57,143 bases of DNA from assembly GCF_001194135.2 (NCBI RefSeq), contig NC_069009.1:10456851-10513993 (forward strand), in the 5' to 3' direction. Position 1 is the first letter of the stretch. Every line of letters begins with the position of its first letter. Position numbers and translations under genes: made by a program. Positions 13,170 through 24,637 of this stretch are shown here, piece by piece. The stretch is from Octopus bimaculoides (taxonomy: Eukaryota). Below the pieces are notes generated by a model that saw only the letters and a program-made list of their open reading frames with translations, ran no database searches and was not told the origin of the DNA.

Positions 13170-13320
13170 TTTATAGCGCGACCAGCAAGCAGAATCGTTA
13201 GCACTACGGCTGTAATGCTTAGTTGAATGTCGACTTTCTTTACCTTCAACATTCAAATTTCACCGCCGAGTCGATAAGTACTAGTTGAGTAATAGGCTTG
13301 ACAAATTCGACAATTCCTTC
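13170..13320 (+). mobile_element. Degenerate SINE fragment
   Basis: The blocks gcagaatcgttagcac...aatgcttag...ttcaaatttcaccgccgagtcgataagtactagttgagta resemble, from memory, a tRNA-derived mollusc SINE. This was not database-checked. Confidence 0.4.
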
Positions 13321-13399
13321 TCCACCAAAGTCTCAATCCTAAATATGTATTTCTTCCTAGCTCTCCTGTGTGACCCTTCTGTCCGGCATTCGACATGAT

Positions 13400-13580
13400 A
13401 GATCGCTAGTCACTACACAGTCTTTATTTTGTCTCCTCGTTTCTTTATGTGTTCCTTTCTGCGGAAGAGCGAAGGCTCGAAATGTTAAAGCTTTTTCACT
13501 TTCCGAGCGTTAAACTAATACACCCGTTTGTTGTCTACATCACTTGCCTTCGTCTTTTGTTTTGTTGTGAATTCTCCCTA
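13400..13580 (+). repeat. Dispersed repeat, three copies (also about 22980-23106 on + and 33780-33930 on -)
   Basis: All copies share the core ctg(cg/tc)gaagag(c/t)g(a/t)ag(g/t)ctcga(a/g)a(t/c)gt(t/a)aaag...ttccgag...atacatc/ccgtttgttgt(c/t)taca. Confidence 0.7.
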
Positions 13581-13588
13581 CACACACA

Positions 13589-13651
<63 letters not shown>

Positions 13652-13820
13652 TGCTAGTTAATGATTATAGAATGCGTTTTGTTATCCGTTCTTGTGGTTT
13701 GTTAAATATTAAGAAAATTGTATCTTAGTATGAATCTATATCCCTTCATTATGGTGATAATAACTAACATATCGGCCTCAAATGAGCCAGCAAACTAAAG
13801 CTACTGTACTCCTATTGTTT

Positions 13821-13891
<71 letters not shown>

Positions 13892-14251
13892 ATGCTGCTG
13901 GTGAAGGATAGATAGAAATACAGCTTCTTGCCCAGTCACCGTTATCTATATCCATATGTATTTTCTAGCATATATAATCCACACACCAGTGAATTCCTTG
14001 ATATATATATATATANNNNNNNNNNNNNNNNNNNNNNNNNNNNNNNNNNNNNNNNNNNNNNNNNNNNNNNNNNNNNNNNNNNNNNNNNNNNNNNNNNNNN
14101 NNNNNNNNNNNNNNNNNNNNNNNNNNNNNNNNNNNNNNNNNNNNNNNNNNNNNNNNNNNNNNNNNNNNNNNNNNNNNNNNNNNNNNNNNNNNNNNNNNNN
14201 NNNNNNNNNNNNNNNNNNNNATACCATACACATGTTTTATTTGTTTTTCAG

Positions 14252-14366
14252 TGGTTTGTAATGAAAGCACAACATCAACAAACAATGGCACTTTCTATTG
14301 GCCAATGACAAAAGTAGGGACTAATGTGACGATCCCATGTCATGCAAATGTCGCAACGAGACACTG
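14252..14366 (+). CDS. Exon B2, N-terminal part of HormR domain 2
   Basis: Acceptor ttttcag|, donor |gttcgt, 115 nt, phase 1 to 2. It encodes (M)VCNESTTSTNNGTFYWPMTKVGTNVTIPCHANVATRH(C), 32/39 aa identical to B1. Confidence 0.88.
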
Positions 14367-16164
14367 GTTCGTTTGTAATGTTTTATCTCTACTAAAATTT
14401 TGAAATTTGAAGTGACATCCTATTGTAAGAGAAAGTTACATTGTATCTTATAATAATTGTGCTTGGCATTACGTTGCTTAGCCCGTCGGTATCGCCATCA
14501 CATGATTAGAGACAAAGGAGAAAATGAAGAAGACAGTAAAAGGACAGAAAGAAAAAAGGTAGAGAGATAAAAAGGGAGAGAAAGAAAAAGACGGAGACAG
14601 TAGCATTCATGACGTAATTATAACGATTTCATGTGATCAATTGAAGAGGAAGACAGAACAAAGGGGAGAAAGAAAAGAGGGCGAGAGAAAAATGGATAAG
14701 GCGAAGAGTGAGACATAAAGAGGTAGACAGAAAAAAGAGAGCAAAAGAGGATAAGGTGAAGAGTGAAACAGAAGGAGGGAGGAAGAAAAAGTGGTGGGAG
14801 AGAAGCATCCATGACGTGTGGTGGGGGAACGTAATACATTTTACGTGGTTACAAAAGTTAGTTGGAGGTAGAGGGGAATTAGAAATATAATGTCAGCAGA
14901 GTGGTGATGTTCTGATGGTGAGATTAAAGAAAGGCAGAGGGGGAGAGAAAATGGGATAGAAGGGGGAGAAAGAGATGAGGGAGAGATGATGATTACGGTG
15001 GCGGTATAGGCGGAGGCGGTGGTGAGTGAATAGTGAAATATGTATTTTTTACTTCAACTAAGTTCACCTGTCACTGAATGCATGCGCATAAGTGCATTAA
15101 TGTGGCAGATATGTTATAATATGGAGATGTTTTTTTTTGTATATAGGAAAAATGGAAAAATAAGATTGAATATCTATTTTATGAGTTTTGTGTACTAAGT
15201 CTATAAATATATAAAACGTATATATAAACTGTATTAAGTAATCATCGTATACTACGTTCTTTCACTTGTCAATGAATAGCTGATGAATGATTATCTTTTG
15301 ATAAAAAGAAGACACAACCTACGCTATCAGGTTCTTGTATTAAGCTTTCAGAATTAACCCAATAAGTTTACTATGAATTCCGTGAAATATTCACGAGGTT
15401 CCGCTTGTAGTAAATAAAACACTTAGAGAGACAAAGATGATAGAATTAATGTCAGTCACTTAAAATCCTTTAACACTGATATTTTACATTTTACACCATG
15501 ACATTATTTTGCCGTGAAATAGCAACCAACATTTATTTTTTTGCTGATGTTAGACGAAAGTTTAAAGTATTTCTTGTAATTATTCCTGTAAGTGCCAGAA
15601 TATGACAAAATAAATGTAGGGTAACAAGCATATATCTATACTCAACCAATAGCATTTATCACCAATTCTAATGATTTCAGAGTAATATCATTTATTCAAT
15701 TTTATGATGTACTTTAGAGCAATACGATTTGTAACTATATGGTTACCATATGGCGGTGAGCGAGGAAAGCAGATCACCGTGGGACCTATCTCATAGTGGT
15801 TACTATTCTTTCATATCTCCCACGTTATTCCACATGCAAGCATCTAAGTTGTTATTGTTGAAGGGTGATTTTTATAAGTTTTAAGACAAAGGTGGAACTA
15901 CTCCAGTTTGTGCCTGTAGAAGAAAATATACGTAAATCTCTTGCTAATGATGATGACAACAAACTATATATTATATTGATTTTATGGATAGGAATTTAGA
16001 ATAAATGATCGATATTTGACGGAACACATCCCTGTATTTATCCTTGTTCCACTAGATTATGAGTTCAAATCACGATCGAGTCATTGTTTATCACACATTT
16101 CTCTAATAATGATGAAATGAAAATGCATAAACACGTTTGATAATATTTGATATTTATTTTTCAG

Positions 16165-16328
16165 CTCTACCAGAAATGTGGTACATCCCGAAATGCCCAC
16201 AAATCAGTATGTGACATTACGAAAGTGTTCACTATTCTCTGGTGTCTGGCAAGAACCAGACATGTATCAATGTTACAATACAGAGAAGATCACTGAACAA
16301 CTAAAGAACCTCACAAGCGTAGACATCG
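16165..16328 (+). CDS. Exon C2, C-terminal part of HormR domain 2 and probable start of GAIN domain
   Basis: Acceptor ttttcag|, donor |gtaaag, 164 nt, phase 2 to 1. It encodes STRNVVHPEMPTNQYVTLRKCSLFSGVWQEPDMYQCYNTEKITEQLKNLTSVDI. The amphipathic helix after the last Cys is where GAIN begins in adhesion GPCRs (inference). Confidence 0.85.
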
Positions 16329-17507
16329 GTAAAGGTGNNNNNNNNNNNNNNNNNNNNNNNNNNNNNNNNNNNNNNNNNNNNNNNNNNNNNNNNNNNNNNN
16401 NNNNNNNNNNNNNNNNNNNNNNNNNNNNNNNNNNNNNATACCTATGACAATGTAATACTTGCGGGAACTATTTAGAGGATGCATGTGTATGGCTCTGTGT
16501 ATGTCTACAACCAGTGTCTTTCCAGATTGTCTTATTGTTTGTGAACGTCCGTGATTATGCGTGAGGTGAACGTTCATGCGTTTTCGAATTTATGTTTGAA
16601 ATGAGAGGAAATGTTTACTGGAAACTTGTTCATGCATATATGTGTGTGTGTCTGTCTGTATGTGTGCAGATGTGTGCATGCGAGAGTATCAATATGAATA
16701 TATATATCTCGCCGTGTATATCATGTACGGTTCTTACGTCTCCCTCCCCACGGATTAACATCATCGACTTTTCTTCTACATCATCCTTGTGTACGCTTTG
16801 TTCTTCGATATTTTGTTGTTTGCATTCTTGAAATTCTTTTTCATCTGCCAGTATTTTTCGTCTCCTTCTCCCCCTCCTCCTCCACCTCCTCATCCTTCTT
16901 CTTCATCATCATCTTCTTCTTCTTCTTCTTCTTCTTCTTCTTCTTCTTCTTCTTCTTCCTTATCCTATTTCTTTTCGTCTTCTTCACCTTCTTCCTCATC
17001 TTCTTCTTATTGTTATTCTGTTTCTTTCTTCTATCTATTATTCGCCTTTTATTTTCTACCTTTTCCTTATTTCCTTTTTCTTTCCCGTCTTTGAATTCTC
17101 CTAGATTTTTCCTGCAGCTTCATTATTGTAACCCTATTCCTCTCGTTCTATTCATTTAGCTTCCTTTTCCTTTTCCTTTTTATTCTCCTCCTCCTCCTTC
17201 TCCACCTTCACCATTTATTTTACAATCCACAATCATCTTTCAGTCCGACGTTTCAAATTATTTTCGAATTATGCTTTGGCACATTCCTTGTTTCTTTTCT
17301 CTTTTATCGACAATCACATCGTTGCATCATCATCATCAGCATCATCATTATCATCATTATCATCATCAACAACATTACCATCATCATTATCATCTGCAGT
17401 AACTTGAAATCCGTTAAATTTATCATCATCAACATATTCATTATAATCGTCTTTAGAAACGGCACTAGCTCCGCAGTCGTACTCCGAACCTTCCTAATCA
17501 TAAACAC

Positions 17508-17564
<57 letters not shown>

Positions 17565-17909
17565 AATTATCATCATTAGTATCGTTATCACGGATTTTAT
17601 CTCCATCATATGCTACAATATCATCTTCATCAACGCTATCACCATCTCTCTTTGCATAGCCTTTTCCTTTTAATTTACCCACACTACCATCAACACCTCC
17701 ACAACCACCCCTCTCTGCTTCTTCATTCTGTCATTCTCAATATTAAGATCATCTCCATTCTCATCTACTTTCCTGCTCCGCAAAAAAGTAATTGTATAAC
17801 AATATTTTAACATTTCATCATGAAACACTTCTATACATTTTCTAATCATCTAAAATTCTATTTCATAGTCATTTCGTGGATAATAATATTTTACAATATT
17901 ATGTTACAG

Positions 17910-17981
17910 ATATTTGGATGAAAGTAATATCGACATAATTGAAGTAGGGATATTCGATAATCTGACCAGTTTAACATACCT
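17910..17981 (+). CDS. LRR exon L1
   Basis: gttacag| 72 nt |gtaagt, phase 2/2. It encodes YLDESNIDIIEVGIFDNLTSLTY(L), a typical-class 24-aa LRR with the ladder Asn replaced by Ser. Confidence 0.88.
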
Positions 17982-19809
17982 GTAAGTTGTTTAAGTCTTG
18001 TTGATGATATTTCACAGACAATATATTACTAAACATTTAAAATATTCCCATTCTATATAACGTGCCGACTTTGCCTTCCTCAAGATACTCAATCTTTTGC
18101 GATAGAAATATGAGATTTTTGTGTCTGTAAATATGTGAGTGATATATATATATATANNNNNNNNNNNNNNNNNNNNNNNNNNNNNNNNNNNNNNNNNNNN
18201 NNNNNNNNNNNNNNNNNNNNNNNNNNNNNNNNNNNNNNNNNNNNNNNNNNNNNNNNNNNNNNNNNNNNNNNNNNNNNNNNNNNNNNNNNNNNNNNNNNNN
18301 NNNNNNNNNNNNNNNNNNNNNNNNNNNNNNNNNNNNNNNNNNNNNNNNNNNNNNNNNNNNNNNNNNNNNNNNNNNNNNNNNNNNNNNNNNNNNNNNNNNN
18401 NNNNNNNNNNNNNNNNNNNNNNNNNNNNNNNNNNNNNNNNNNNNNNNNNNNNNNNNNNNNNNNNNNNNNNNNNNNNNNNNNNNNNNNNNNNNNNNNNNNN
18501 NNNNNNNNNNNNNNNNNNNNNNNNNNNNNNNNNNNNNNNNNNNNNNNNNNNNNNNNNNNNNNNNNNNNNNNNNNNNNNNNNNNNNNNNNNNNNNNNNNNN
18601 NNNNNNNNNNNNNNNNNNNNNNNNNNNNNNNNNNNNNNNNNNNNNNNNNNNNNNNNNNNNNNNNNNNNNNNNNNNNNNNNNNNNNNNNNNNNNNNNNNNN
18701 NNNNNNNNNNNNNNNNNNNNNNNNNNNNNNNNNNNNNNNNNNNNNNNNNNNNNNNNNNNNNNNNNNNNNNNNNNNNNNNNNNNNNNNNNNNNNNNNNNNN
18801 NNNNNNNNNNNNNNNNNNNNNNNNNNNNNNNNNNNNNNNNNNNNNNNNNNNNNNNNNNNNNNNNNNNNNNNNNNNNNNNNNNNNNNNNNNNNNNNNNNNN
18901 NNNNNNNNNNNNNNNNNNNNNNNNNNNNNNNNNNNNNNNNNNNNNNNNNNNNNNNNNNNNNNNNNNNNNNNNNNNNNNNNNNNNNNNNNNNNNNNNNNNN
19001 NNNNNNNNNNNNNNNNNNNNNNNNNNNNNNNNNNNNNTTCGTCTTCTGCTTTTTTGTAAATTCCAACGCTATGAGTCTTTTTGTATGAGTGAACCTATAG
19101 CATTGTATCTGTTTCTGTTTCTCTATATCATTTACTGTATTCATCTCTAAATCAACGCTGATTGCCATCCATGACTCTCACTTCTAATTGCATATTCAAG
19201 AGTACGTTATGGATATGACTATATTTTAGAGTTGGACCCTTTATCATATTTCTTTTCCACATCATCATCATAGCCATCATCATCATAGCCATCATCATCA
19301 TCAACATCATCATCACACTCATCATCGTCGTCGTCATCATCCTCATCATCATCATCATCATCATTATCATCATCATCCTCATCATCATCATCATCAGTTT
19401 CTCCATTTTCTTCATCGTTTTCTTAATTTACTACTTCTTCCTCTTCTATTTTCTACTTCTTCCATTTCGTGATAGTTTTCTTCCTCTTTTGCTTTTCTTT
19501 CCGAATATGTGCTGTTGCCTTCCTTCTTCCTGTTCCTTTTCTTCTCCTTCTTCTTCTTTATATTCGCAATCGTTTTATTTCTTCCTTCTTCTTTCATCGT
19601 CATAATCTTCCCTCTTATGTCTCTGCTTCTTCTTCGTCTTCTTCGTTCTCTTTTCTTTATTCTTCCAGTAAGAATTTTCTTCAGGTCGAGTAGCCCATCC
19701 CGCTTAAAAGGTCCCTGAATAAGGTTTGTTTAAGGATGTTGTGCAAAACACCCATGTTTCCAANNNNNNNNNNCCCATCTTTTATACCAAGACATTATTA
19801 TTATTATTA

Positions 19810-19880
<71 letters not shown>

Positions 19881-20358
19881 TATTTATTTATTTCTATTAT
19901 TATTATTATTAATTTTGTTGTTCATCTTCTTTATCATTTTCTATATATTCTTCGTCTCTTCCTTCGGTTTCTAATTTATACTTCCTTTTTTCTCTCCGCC
20001 CCTCCTCCTCTTCTCTCTCCTCCTCCTCCACCACTAACTTCTCCTCCTCATCATCATAACATCTTCGTCATCAAAACTACAACCAAATATTTTTCTCCTC
20101 TGCTTCATTATCTTATTCATTACTACGACCATCACATCTTCCACCAGCATTATGCACCTCAACTTCCTCTGCATTATCATCGTAATCATCATCAGCAGCA
20201 ACAACAGCATTATCAACATTATCATCACCATCATCATCGTTACCATCATCATCATGAAACTAATTATTAACCTTTTCTACTTTACATCATTTCTCACAAG
20301 TTATTCTTTAGCTAAAATGTTCTATACAATTCCTCATTATGTCTATTTTATGTTCCAG

Positions 20359-20430
20359 ATCATTGAGTTCTAATAATATAACAGAAATCAAAGCAGACAC
20401 CTTCCGAAATCTCTCCAGTTTAACATATCT
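20359..20430 (+). CDS. LRR exon L2
   Basis: gttccag| 72 nt |gtaagt, phase 2/2. It encodes SLSSNNITEIKADTFRNLSSLTY(L). Confidence 0.9.
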
Positions 20431-21150
20431 GTAAGTTGAATCAGTGTTAATTTTTAGTATGTCATTGACAATATATTTCTACATATGTGGTGTATTCCAA
20501 TACTTTATTATAAGCACATTCACCCGTCTTTCCAAAGATGTGTTATCATGTATATAAATCTGTGAGTGTGGGCTCATTTCCTATATATGGTACATATGAC
20601 AGAGTGATACTTGCAGGGAACAATTTCGTGATTGCTTGTGTATTTCCAAAAGGTGTGGTATTGTATTGCGAACGTCTGTGAATATGAGTATGGGTATATT
20701 TATGAGTGTTCGGATTTATGAGTGTGTAGCAATTGAGGGGAAAACGTTAGTGGAATCTTGTTAAATCTCATATGTACGCCTTTATGTGTGTGGATTCTGA
20801 ATGTGAGAATATCAAAAGGTATGTACATTCCGGCGTGTATATCATGTACAATGCTTACGTCTCCGTCGTCAGCACTGATAACAATCATCGAGTCTTCTTC
20901 TTCTTCTTCTTCTTCTTCTTCTTCTTCTTCTTCTTCTNNNNNNNNNNCCTTTTCTTCTTCTTCTTCTTCTTCTTCTTCTTCCTTTTCTTCTTCTTCTTCT
21001 TCTTCTTCTTCTTCTTCTTCTTCTTCTTCTTCTTCTTTTTCCTTTTCTTCTTTCTGCTTCGTTTCTAATTATCCTTTCTCTTCCTAAAATTCTTCACCAG
21101 TAACTAAATAAAACGCATCATACTTCATCGTCGGCATCATAACATTATTT

Positions 21151-21182
<32 letters not shown>

Positions 21183-21239
21183 CTTCTTCTTCTTCTTCTT
21201 CTTCTTCTTCTTCTTCTTCTTCTTCTTCTTCTTTTTCTT

Positions 21240-21287
<48 letters not shown>

Positions 21288-21350
21288 GTTATCCGTCTTC
21301 TTCAAGATCGTTGTTTCGTTTTCTCCTCTTTCTTCACCTCCTCCTTCCTT

Positions 21351-21852
21351 TTCTTCTTAATTTTCTTTCCCTTTTCCTCCTTCCTTCTTCGACATTTGCT
21401 ACAGCCCGTTTTCTTTATCTCCTCTATTTTCCTGCTGCCTCTTTGGCATTTTCTTCTGCTTCAATTTACTTTCTTTCATTTATTTTCCTCGTTTCCTTCT
21501 TTAAATTCATTCAGATATTTCTACCTCATTCTCTTCATCTGTTCCTTCATTTACTCCTCATCCTTCCGATTTTTAGTTCCTCCAGATTTTATCCTTCTTC
21601 TTAATTTTCTTTCCCTTTTGCCTCCTTCCTTCTTCGACATTTGCTACAGCCCGTTCTTCTCTTTCTTTGTCTTATTTATCTCCTCTGTTTTCCTGCTGCC
21701 TCTTTGGCATTTTCTTCTTCTTCAATTTACTTTCCTTCATTTATTTTCCGCGTTTCTTTCTTTAAATTCATTCAGATATTTCTACCTCATTCTCTTCATC
21801 TTTTCCTTCATTTACTCCTCTTTCTTCTGACTTTTAGTTCCTCCAGATTTCA
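21351..21852. repeat. Tandem duplication of an intronic unit of about 244 bp
   Basis: The unit ttcttcttaattttctttccctttt...gttcctccagattt starts at 21351 and again at 21595, with a few substitutions and a short insertion. Confidence 0.85.
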
Positions 21853-22185
21853 TCTTTCTTCATCGCTTTATACATTTCGGACAATCGATTCCCGCCGACC
21901 TTTTTGTGTTCTGCTTGTTGTTCTTCTTTCTTTCTCCTTCTTTTTTCCCTCTCTTCTTCTCTTTGCTCTCCTTCTACTCCATACCTACATCCCCTTCTAC
22001 CTATTTTCAGTCTTCCTTTTATTCGCCTCCTCTTTCTTTTCCATCTTCTTTCAAATTTTAAACTTGTTTTAGACAGTCGTCTCTAATTTCTTTCTCATCA
22101 CGCTTTTCCTGAATTCTTTTCTTTCGTTACTTCATCCAACAATTCGTTTCTTACAAACTCTAATTAACTCAATTTTATTTGACAG

Positions 22186-22257
22186 GCATTTGAGTTTTAA
22201 TGATATCAAAGAAATGAAAAGAGAAATATTCCAAAATCTTCCCAGTTTAACAGCTCT
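22186..22257 (+). CDS. LRR exon L3
   Basis: tttgacag| 72 nt |gtaagt, phase 2/2. It encodes HLSFNDIKEMKREIFQNLPSLTA(L). Confidence 0.9.
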
Positions 22258-22557
22258 GTAAGTTAAATCAGTCTTGTTTATATTATTTCATTGACGATAT
22301 AGTTTTTTTAATATGTAATGTCTTGCCATACTTCATTTTTATCTCCTTCACCTGCCTTTATCTTTGCTATCAATCTCTGTCGAAAAGGTGCTGTTGAGAT
22401 TGTGACAATTGAGTGCAAATATGTGTTGCATTCATTTGTATACATATGTATATATGTTAGAAAATTACTATTTTTAAATCTCAAAACGTGAGATATTCAG
22501 CAATAGTACTTTGTCGTAAAGATTGTTTGCCAAAATAACATGGCAGTCATGTCGCCG

Positions 22558-22956
22558 TAATTTAGCCCCACGAAAAATCGTCTCCAGTTGGCTATACAAC
22601 ACGATCCGTGTCCTTAGATTTTCCAACAAGGGAATCTAGTACCCCCACTCAGCTCCAAACACAAAGTACTGTTGCTGAATATTTCAAGTTGTGTGATTTA
22701 AAAATAGTAATTTTCTAATTTATAGATCAGTGACTAGTCGTCAGTTTGAAAACTATAAATTTGGGACGGGAATTTGACAGCGCCACCTCTAACCGAATAA
22801 TTAGTCTGTGATGATGAAGAGAAATAACCTGGAAATCGCAATACACAGATATTGTTTTGAGATGAGTCGAGGTGCTAGATTCCCTTGTTCGAAAATATGA
22901 GGACACAGATCGTGTCGTATAGCCAGCTGGAGGCGATGTCTCCTGGAGCTAAATTA
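22558..22956. mobile_element. MITE with inverted arms of at least 100 bp and TA-bounded ends
   Basis: taatttagccccacgaaaaatcgtctccagttggctatacaacacgatccgtgtcc...aagggaatctagtacc is mirrored by ggtgctagattcccttg...ggacacagatcgtgtcgtatagccagctggaggcgatgtctcctggagctaaatta. Confidence 0.82.
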
Positions 22957-23330
22957 CAGCAACATTCGTCCTAAACCAGGACTGCCTACACATTCTTTTT
23001 TCTCTCCTTGTTTCTTTCTGTTTTCCGTTCTGCGGAAGAGCGTAGGCTCGAAATGTTAAAGACACTTTCAATTCCCGAGTGTTATACATCTGTTTGTTGT
23101 CTACACNNNNNNNNNNNNNNNNNNNNNNNNNNNNNNNNNNNNNNNNNNNNNNNNNNNNNNNNNNNNNNNNNNNNNNNNNNNNNNNNNNNNNNNNNNNNNN
23201 NNNNNNNNNNNNNNNNNNNNNNNNNNNNNNNNNNNNNNNNNNNNNNNNNNNNNNNNNNNNNNNNNNNNNNNNNNNNNNNNNNNNNNNNNNNNNNNNNNNN
23301 NNNNNNNATATATATATGTATATATATATA

Positions 23331-23696
23331 GGCGCAGGAGTGGCTGTGTGGTAAGTAGATTGATTACCAACCACATGCTTACCAAGCCTTGTGAGTGGAT
23401 TTGGTAAACGGAAACAGAAAGAAGCCCGTCGTATATATGTATATATATATATATGTGTGTGTTTATATGTGTGGAAAAGTTTGCGCGCTGTGTTTGTCCC
23501 CCAGCATCGCTTGACAACCGATATTGGTGTGTTTACGTACCCGTAACTTAACGGTTCAGCAAATGAGACCGATAGAATAAGTACTAGGCTTAGAAAAAAT
23601 AAATCCTGGGTCTATTTGCTCGACTACAGGCGGTGCTCCAGCATGCCCGTTATCAAATTACTGAAACAAATAAAAGAGTAAAAGAGTAAAAGAGTC
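23331..23696 (+). mobile_element. tRNA-derived SINE with internal deletion
   Basis: It has the head ggcgcaggagtggctgtgtggtaag (A-box-like), an internal (AT/GT)n tract and a tail aaagagtaaaagagtaaaagag, and is homologous to 1692-1951. Confidence 0.7.
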
Positions 23697-23967
23697 CGTA
23701 TATATTTGTAAGTCTGATTTTTTGTGTGTGATGGCGGTCAATGTCTGTCTCTTTTGTGTATGGATGAGTGTGTGCGAGGGTTCCAAGATGTGACTCTAAA
23801 TCCGTCGCTATGTCATGTGCAGTGTTTACCTCTCGTTCACCTTTCATTACTTCTAACCTCATTCTCCACCACAACCACCTCCACATTCTTCGTTACTACT
23901 CTTACCATCACAACCACTAATACTACAACCACTAGCAGTGTAGTAATAGTAGTAGTAGTAGTAGTAA

Positions 23968-24004
<37 letters not shown>

Positions 24005-24602
24005 NNNNNNNNNNGTAGTAGTAGTAGCGGCCGTAGTAGTGGAAGTGCTCCTGCGTTTTGTGGATACCTGCGGCGAGAGGGAATATGAACACCGATCGGA
24101 AAATTGTGAAAGATTGTGTGCATTGTCATATCGATTCTGTGTGAATGTGAGTATGAGTGAATGTGAGCATGAGTGAATGTAAGTATGAGTGAATGTGAGT
24201 ATGAGTGAATATGAGCGTGTATGTGGGTATGTGTGAGTGTGTGATTGCGTCTCTATAAGTTTATCTTTGTGTGTGTATATAATNNNNNNNNNNNNNNNNN
24301 NNNNNNNNNNNNNNNNNNNNNNNNNNNNNNNNNNNNNNNNNNNNNNNNNNNNNNNNNNNNNNNNNNNNNNNNNNNNNNNNNNNNNNNNNNNNNNNNNNNN
24401 NNNNNNNNNNNNNNNNNNNNNNNNNNNNNNNNNNNNNNNNNNNNNNNNNNNNNNNNNNNNNNNNNNNNNNNNNNNNNNNNNNNNNNNNNNNNNNNNNNNN
24501 NNNNNNNNNNNNNNNNNNNNNNNNNNNNNNNNNNNNNNNNNNNNNNNNNNNNNTTCCTCTTCTCCTGCTTCTTCTTCTTCTTCTTCTTCTTCTTCTTCTC
24601 CT

Positions 24603-24637
<35 letters not shown>

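Larger units (their letters stand above)
5024..13890. repeat. Microsatellites in the SEA/HormR block
   Basis: (TAC)n at about 5024-5066 and 13820-13890, (GAT)n at 5904-5971, (CT)n/(CTGT)n at 7307-7432, (CA)n at 7919-7998, 11767-11835 and 13580-13646, and (TATG)n at 11997-12053. Confidence 0.9.

Noticed and set aside
14500-15060. GA-rich tract as a possible coding or regulatory element
   Set aside because: It is low-complexity sequence with only short ORFs and no recognisable motif.
16165-17981. Direct C2-to-L1 splice giving a HormR-LRR fusion protein
   Set aside because: The phase 1 donor and phase 2 acceptor would cause a frameshift, and the interval crosses the 100-N gap.
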